DNA from: an uncultured delta proteobacterium
GTDB taxonomy: Bacteria > Desulfobacterota > Binatia > Bin18
Assembly: GCA_963733195.1 (NCBI GenBank)
Contig: CAVTCR010000029.1
Coordinates: 1 to 61,280 of the forward strand
Direction of reading: 5' to 3'
Length of the DNA: 61,280 nt
Both the position numbers and the translations under genes were made by a program. Below are positions 55,035 through 61,280 of the stretch, piece after piece. The notes under the pieces were generated by a model, which made no database searches, was not told the origin of the DNA, and was given only the letters and a program-made list of their open reading frames with translations. The number at the start of each line of letters is the position of its first letter. Positions within the stretch are counted from its first letter, which is position 1.

Positions 55035-56822
55035 TCAGCGAGCAAGGCCGGGCTCGGCTTCAGTCGGAGCATCGAATGGTTTCCGAAGTACGGCAATGCC
55101 CTCGCCAATGAGTCCCACTGCCAACACCAGAAGAAAAACAGCAGCAATGCCAATCGGATCTACGACCGAACGGGTCGCCGCATTAATCCCGGTCAGCCAG
55201 CGTTGAATGATGATTGCCAGCGACCACAAGGTCATGGTCATCATGAACGCCATCGGTACACCAACCAAGAAGATCGCCTTCTGTTGTCGTTCTCGACGTA
55301 CCAGCCAAATAAACAGTCCAAGCAGACTCAGAGCAGCTAACAGTTGGTTACTCGCGCCAAACACTGGCCAGATCGAGAGATACGCTGGCATGGGTTTGCC
55401 GTCTGGACCCGAGATCGTCAATCCCAAAAGTATCGCTGGAACAGCGAGGGTCAGTAGAGTTGCAAACGTCTTGCCAAATAAACTTTTCCACCCAAATAAC
55501 TCTTGTAGCAAGTAACGGCCTAAGCGAGTGGTCACGTCGATCGTATCAAAGACGAAGGTAGCAAACGCCAGCATGCCGAAGCTTACTGCGAACGTCAGCG
55601 GGATGCCAAGCGAGCTGAGAAACTTGCCGATCCCAGTGGCAAATACGGCATCAGGTCCTCCGCCTTGCACTCCGGGAACTAAGACCATCACGCAGGCGAG
55701 CGCGAGCAACGCGACCACGCCCTCCATGAGCATTCCACCGTAGCCAACGACAGAGGCATCACATTCGCAGCGTAACTGCTTACTCGTGGTGCCGCTGGAT
55801 ACCATACCATGAAAACCACTACACGCCCCGCAAGCAATAGTAATAAACAAGAACGGCACCAACGGGCCTAACTTCTCGTTAGTAAATCCAAGAAATGCAG
55901 GATAGCGAAGAACATGCTCGCCCTGCACCCCACCCAGCACAAGACCGATCAGTCCCCCAATCAAGATAGTGTAGAGGAATGCTCCGCCCAAGAAGCCGCG
56001 CGGTTGGAGCAGTAGCCACACCGGTAAGATACTGGCGATGCCACAATAAGCCAGGATGATGTACGACCACGCGCGAGTTGGATTGGCAAAACCATCAAGA
56101 GAAAGAGGGAGCACTTGTCCAAGCCAGATCACCACGCCGACGAGGATCAGTCCAGCAATCAACAGCACATTCTGTAACTGTCCTCCACTTGTGCCTTGCT
56201 GTTCCTGTTTTGGAGAGTCAGAGTCCGACAGCTTGAGCAGTGCACCAAGCAGTACGCCAAGACCGAGATACATTACACTACTCGATGCGGTCCCTGCGCC
56301 AAGGATCGTACCAATCTGCTCGCCATTAGCACCGAGGATTGGTACATCGCTAGTAAACGCTCTGGCAGTGACATCAGTGAATGCGGTCAGCACGTACACC
56401 AACGACAGCCAGATGTAAGCGAGGAAGAGATAGAACGCGCGAGTGCCAATGTGCATGCGTACAATTTCGGCGACCGACGCTCCCTTGTGTCGCACCGAAC
56501 CGATCAGCGTAGAAAAATCATGAACCGCTCCGATAAAGATGCACCCGAACACAATCCACAGTAACGCGGGTAACCACCCGAACATCAACCCGGCGATAAT
56601 CGGGCCAAAGATTGGACCAGCCGCAGAAATGGCGGAAAAATGCTGGGCCAGCAGATAGAAGCGACTGGTGGGAACGAAATCTTGTCCGTCTTCATATAAT
56701 GTCGCCGGTGTCGCTACGTCACAATCCAGCTTATAGAAACGCGAGACCACTAGCTTGCCATACACGACATACGCTGCCGCGAGCGCGGCAAGACAAATCA
56801 ACAGGATGTGGATCAGCGACAT
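55035..56822 (-). CDS. cstA: Carbon starvation protein A family transporter
   Basis: HFSAISAAGPIFGP, GAVHD, FITIACGACSGFH, GYGGMLMEG, WPVFGASNQLLA. Confidence 0.92.
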   Translation of the reverse strand: MSLIHILLICLAALAAAYVVYGKLVVSRFYKLDCDVATPATLYEDGQDFVPTSRFYLLAQHFSAISAAGPIFGPIIAGLMFGWLPALLWIVFGCIFIGAVHDFSTLIGSVRHKGASVAEIVRMHIGTRAFYLFLAYIWLSLVYVLTAFTDVTARAFTSDVPILGANGEQIGTILGAGTASSSVMYLGLGVLLGALLKLSDSDSPKQEQQGTSGGQLQNVLLIAGLILVGVVIWLGQVLPLSLDGFANPTRAWSYIILAYCGIASILPVWLLLQPRGFLGGAFLYTILIGGLIGLVLGGVQGEHVLRYPAFLGFTNEKLGPLVPFLFITIACGACSGFHGMVSSGTTSKQLRCECDASVVGYGGMLMEGVVALLALACVMVLVPGVQGGGPDAVFATGIGKFLSSLGIPLTFAVSFGMLAFATFVFDTIDVTTRLGRYLLQELFGWKSLFGKTFATLLTLAVPAILLGLTISGPDGKPMPAYLSIWPVFGASNQLLAALSLLGLFIWLVRRERQQKAIFLVGVPMAFMMTMTLWSLAIIIQRWLTGINAATRSVVDPIGIAAVFLLVLAVGLIGEGIAVLRKPFDAPTEAEPGLAR

Positions 56823-56896
56823 GGTCTCCTCCTTCGGCTCTCGAACACAGCCGAGAATCACACGGAGCTACGCTCGCTGTCAAGAATAGGAAGTTG

Positions 56897-58511
56897 CTAC
56901 GAATCTGTGACACTACGCCACTCCAACCCAAACCGTGCCAGGGATTGTTCCGTAGACGGTGCGGTGTCATTCGTGCTCCGTCGCTTCGCCATGCTGGCGG
57001 AAAAGAGCTTACGTCCAGCATCCGCTAGGCTCTGTGATGCCCGACACACTTTAAGCACTTCCGCAAGCTGGAGCTGATCGAACAAGTCGATTTCCGCACT
57101 AGCGTGTCGTCTCCCAAGCAGATCAACTAACGAGGATTCGGTCGGCTCTTCACGCCACAACGCTTGCAGTCTCAGTGATTTCCTCGTCTACCACGGCAAG
57201 CGTGATTCGCCCACCATCAGCGAGTGTGGCCATGCGTGTGACGGAAGCCGACAACTCACGGAAGTTTCCAGCCCAGACTGCAGTTGGTGAGGTAGCAAAG
57301 CGCAGATAGTGCTCCTTCGCTTCTTTGTTAAAACGAATAGTGACATTATTCTCTTGCGCGAAGCGCACCAAGTTCATAGTCCAGGTTCGGCTCGATATCC
57401 TCACTCCGCTCGATCAACGACGGCAGAAAGAACGTCCACAGATTGATCCGGGCAAAGAGATCTTCGCGGAACCGTCCGCCTTGACATCATTGCGCAAATC
57501 ACGATTGGTACCGGCAATTAACTGAAAATCACTCGCCACCTCTTTGTCACTGCCAAAGGGAAAGAAACGTTTTTCTTCGATCGCTTTGAGTAACATCGCT
57601 TGCTCATCGAGTTCAAGCTCACCGATCTCGTCCGAGAAGATACGAGACCTTTATCTGCCTTGCGCAGCAGTCCGGCGCGATCCGTGGTTGCACCGGTAAA
57701 CGCCCCTTCACGTGACCGAACAGTGCTGGACATCGCGCTTTCGCCGCGAGCGTCGCGCAATTCACTTCGACAAATTCCCCGGCAAGCTGATGTCGGGTCT
57801 GCTTCAGAACAAAGACGCGTCGTGCCAGGAAGGATTTGCCCGCACCAGTCTGGCCCCATCAGGAGGACGGGCGCACGTGAACGTACAGCAACTCGCTCGA
57901 TATGTCTCTATCAGTTTGTTGAAAGGTAGTGTTGCGAGTAGCGATCCCGGATTTCGAGAAAAGAGAAACTTTCTTCTTGCTCACGCCGGAATCGTGCGGC
58001 GATCTGGTTATACTTGAGAGAGGTCGAGGTCAATGATCGAGTAACTCGCCGCCTACGGGCGAGCCTGTTGACGTTTCGGAGGCGAGGTTTGCAGGAGCTC
58101 GGCAGCGTGGAAAAGGACCGTGTTTCAGTCAGCAAAAACATACAAATCTGCGCAACATGCGTGCCGGTAGTGATATGATAACAGATAGTCTTCGTTGTCA
58201 GGATCAAATGGATACGCACGCGCGAAAGTCATGCAGGACGCTGTACATCTCGCCAAAATCCCACGGGTCTTTAATATCGAGCAACACCGGACGCAATTCA
58301 GTCTCCGGCGAGAGCTGCGTGAATATCTTTTACCAGTTGATCAACCAGACTCTGATACTGCCGCGGAATACAACGATTCGAACCGATGGACAAGAAAGTC
58401 CTCATGCTGACAGAGCGCGACACTTGGTCGCCAACGCTCCCAACGATCAGCTCCTTTACCACGATTATCGAGCTGAGTTCCGACAAAACCAATCACCACA
58501 GTTTTCTTCAT
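56897..58511 (-). CDS. rtcR: RNA repair transcriptional activator RtcR (CARF + sigma54 AAA+), heavily frameshifted
   Basis: Starts MKKTVVIGFVGTQLD; HITTGTHVAQICMFLLTE, GAFTGA, SDFQLIAGTNRDL, WAGNFRELSASVTRMATLA, IDLFDQLQL..SLADAGRKLF. Confidence 0.88.
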
Positions 58512-58664
58512 AGCCGATCTATTCTTTCAGATATATTTCTATAGTAGAAAATATAATCTCCCGCACTTTCATCTTTATCGTAATTTTTTGCTTGCATCTT
58601 TATATATAAAAATTCTTTGGAAAAACAGCTACTTACGCCAGAAATACGACCTCCACTCCGCTCG

Positions 58665-58680
58665 TGGCATGCCGGTTGTC
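58665..58680 (+). promoter_or_regulatory. Putative sigma54 promoter of the rsr-Y RNA-rtcB operon
   Basis: TGGCAT-GCCGG-TTGTC, imperfect at -12, about 50 nt upstream of rsr and divergent from rtcR. Confidence 0.55.
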
Positions 58681-58727
58681 TCGATAGCAAGAACAGTCGA
58701 ATACACAAGGGGAAAGGAACAATACGT

Positions 58728-60316
58728 ATGGCAAACTTCCAGTTATTCCAATCATTACGCGGTGAAATTCTTACCGTCCGAACCAACATAGTCAATCAGT
58801 GAAAGTGCTCCATCGCTTACGAGTACCCGCCCAAACATAAGCTGAGCGCAGTACGCGGTGACAGGATGCCTGAACCAGACTTTTTATGCGTCTGCCGAAG
58901 CGCAACTCGAAACCGTGCTTGGCGTTAACGGAAGAAGGTCGAAACCAGCCTTTGTCGCCAAAACTGCGCTGTACTGTCGTGAAACAGGGCTCTTATGAAA
59001 GACATGCCAACCTTGCTCACTGCCGCATTGTCGGTGAAGGGACATGAATACTTACCAGCAAGTTTTCTCTCGTGTGATCGATAATGGAAAGATGTTGCGC
59101 ACATTAGTGCAGATTACTACGCGAGCGGAGTCACCGGCCGGAAATATCTGGGAACGCGCCCGAAGTAGTTAGTCCAGCAATGGCTGAACACTGCGAGTGA
59201 GAAACAGTTCCTTGATCGACGCGGCAGTCGGAACAACACCTTCCTTGGCTGATGTGGTGAAAATGGTCCACCCAAAGCCAGCGGATGCGATGCGCGAAGC
59301 ATTCTTCGCGTGGCTCATTGGTAAGCCGTATGCAGCAGACGCCTTACCAGGACACTCCAGCGCCATTGAGGAATATCAAAAGTAAGAAAACATACGATCG
59401 GTATACCATCAGTACCGTTTCAGATGTTCACTGCGCCTCGGATCTGACACAGAAGGAGTGGGCACAGATCGCTCGCCAGTCTGGGTGGCACATGGTCCGA
59501 TGAACTTGAATACCTTTGCTCGTCATGCAGTGTATTACGACATGGACGGAATGGCTGAACGAGATTGCCGTGAAGTTGAAAGACGCGCAAGCGATCCGCA
59601 AGGCGCGCGTATTTCCATACCAACTGCTGATCGCCTACAAGAGGTCCGCAAAGATATCCCACACGTCGTCCGCGACGCGTTGCACGATGCACTGGAACTG
59701 GCGTTAGTCAGAGTGCCCCGCCGATGCCTGGACAGGTTGTGACATCTGCCCGGACATCTCAGGCTCAATGGCATCGCCGGTGACAGGATATGGTCATGGG
59801 GGCCCGACCAGCGTGCGCTGTATCGATGTGGCAGCGCTAGTCGCAGCGGCATCTTTACGGAAGAATTCGAAGAAACGTCGTACTGCCGTTCGAAACTAAG
59901 GTCCGTAATCCGTAACTCAATCCACGTGACACGGTCATGACCAACGCCGAGAAGTTGGCGGCAATCGGCGGCGGTGGGACCAACTCCAGCGCGCCGTTGG
60001 CATCGCTCCGAACCAACGGAAGGCGCGCGGGATATCGTCGTCTTTGTTTCTGACAACCAGTCGTGGGTCGATGCCCGCAGTCATGGTGCCACGGAGATGA
60101 TGCGGCAATGGGAAGCCTTCAAGCAGAACAATCACCAGGCGAAGTTGGTCTGCCTTGGATCTGCAACCCTACGGGACCACCCAAGCGGCCGAACGTGAAG
60201 ATATTCTCAACATAGGAGGATTCAGTGATGACGCTTTCTCCATCGTTGATCGTTTGCTAGTGGACAGCTGGGGCCGGAACACTGGGTGAGTGTGATTGAG
60301 GCGGTGGAACTGTATG
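58728..60316 (+). CDS. rsr: TROVE/vWA Ro60-related RNA-binding protein (Rsr), heavily frameshifted
   Basis: Manual multi-frame reading: [100 protein letters not shown]. Confidence 0.88.
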
Positions 60317-60322
60317 GAACGC

Positions 60323-60387
60323 GCGTCCGAATGCGTGTGTGATTACATTCACCAATGTACGGGATCACACCTATTCTTGTCGGACGC
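60323..60387 (+). ncRNA. Candidate short Y RNA (YrlB-like)
   Basis: Terminal helix GCGTCCGAATG..CTTGTCGGACGC plus GTGTGAT/ATCACAC, immediately after rsr; same motifs as 60441-60566. Confidence 0.65.
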
Positions 60388-60440
60388 ATGTCTTGTCAAC
60401 CTAATGAGAATGGTATGCGAATGCTGGCACAATCCCCCCG

Positions 60441-60566
60441 CTGGCGAATGCCGGTGGAACTACATCGATGATCACGAGGTGGATCAGTTCCGAATTCCGC
60501 CGGCTCCTACCGTATGGAGCCGTAGCTCAGTGGTAGAGCGCCCGTTTCACCGACCCTTGTCGCCAG
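60441..60566 (+). ncRNA. Candidate Y RNA with tRNA-like domain (YrlA-like)
   Basis: CTGGCGAATGCCGGTGGAAC pairs with GTTTCACCGACCCTTGTCGCCAG. Inside are a T-like arm, a closed acceptor-like stem CGGCTCC/GGAGCCG and a canonical D arm TAGCTCAGTGGTAGAGC. Confidence 0.8.
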
Positions 60567-60583
60567 GTTATAAAATGGAGAAG

Positions 60584-61280
60584 ATGATGACCACACGAAC
60601 CTACGACGTACTGCATCACGAAGGAGCGCCCCAATCAGAAGGTGGACCCAAGGAGTACCGGTTGAAGATGCGGCGAAACAGCAACTGAGCAACACGGCTA
60701 AGATGCCGTTTATCTATAAGTGGCTCGCTGTCATGCCGGACGTGCACGTCGGAAAAGGCGCAACCATCGGTAGCGTTGTTCCGACCAAGCGGGCGATTAT
60801 TCCGGCGGCTGTGGAAGTCGACATCGGATGCGGAATCACGGCGGTCAAGACCACGCTCACGGCAAGTGATTTGCCCGATAGGCTCTCTGGGTTGCGGAAC
60901 GCGATCGAACGAGCGGTTCCACACGGAAAGACATTCGGGGCGCCAGATAAGGGGCGTGGACAGCCACCTGACAATGTCGATCAGGCCTGGGCAATGTTCA
61001 AGCAGCGCTTTGCCAAAATCGTTGATAAGTATCCAAGATTACAGAAGACCAATAATTACGTACATCTGGGCACCTTGGGAACAGGCAATCATTTCATTGA
61101 AGTTTGCCTGGATGAAGCCAATGCGGTCTGGTTCATGTTGCATAGCGGATAGCGTGGTGTCGGTGGCGCGATCGGGGTAGCTTGTTCATTGAGTTGGCGA
61201 AGAAACGGGATATGCGCACCTGGTTGATCAATTTGCCAGATATGGACCTTGCATATCTGCCGGAAGGGACGAGCATTTCA
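60584..61280 (+). CDS. rtcB: RNA ligase RtcB, frameshifted, truncated by window end
   Basis: AVMPDVHVGKGATIGSV, VDIGCG, LGTLGTGNHFIE, MLHSG. Confidence 0.93.

Noticed and set aside
60516-60566. Conventional tRNA gene starting GGAGCCGTAGCTCAG
   Set aside because: No anticodon arm, T arm or CCA follows; the T-like arm lies upstream, which fits a Y RNA.

Overview
Bacterial chromosomal window. Gene content suggests a deltaproteobacterium-like lineage such as Binatota or Tectomicrobia; this is inference only. It carries many indels typical of long-read assembly: even argF and glnA are frameshifted, and 14.8-27 kb and 57-61 kb are the worst affected. From left to right it holds an Rsb-type partner-switching module, redox and transport genes, and a catabolic cluster (LLM, SDR, acyl-CoA dehydrogenases, dioxygenases). 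Next come two paralogous class III cyclase-STAND ATPase-TPR genes, each followed by a different toxin-antitoxin pair. After these lie CoA transferases, argB-argD-argF, rlmD, tRNA-Pro, plsY, a sigma54-driven glnB-glnA operon and cstA. The right end holds an RNA repair locus: rtcR divergent from Ro60/TROVE (rsr), two candidate Y RNAs and rtcB. Three observations stand out. (1) Two unannotated Y RNA candidates, one carrying a circularly permuted tRNA-like domain. (2) Each TA pair lies between the 3' end of a cyclase gene and a degenerate copy of that same 3' end, suggesting cassette traffic at a conserved gene terminus. (3) A rich repeat landscape of REP-like elements, a MITE-like family and heptamer arrays, including in-frame REP insertions inside a cyclase gene.
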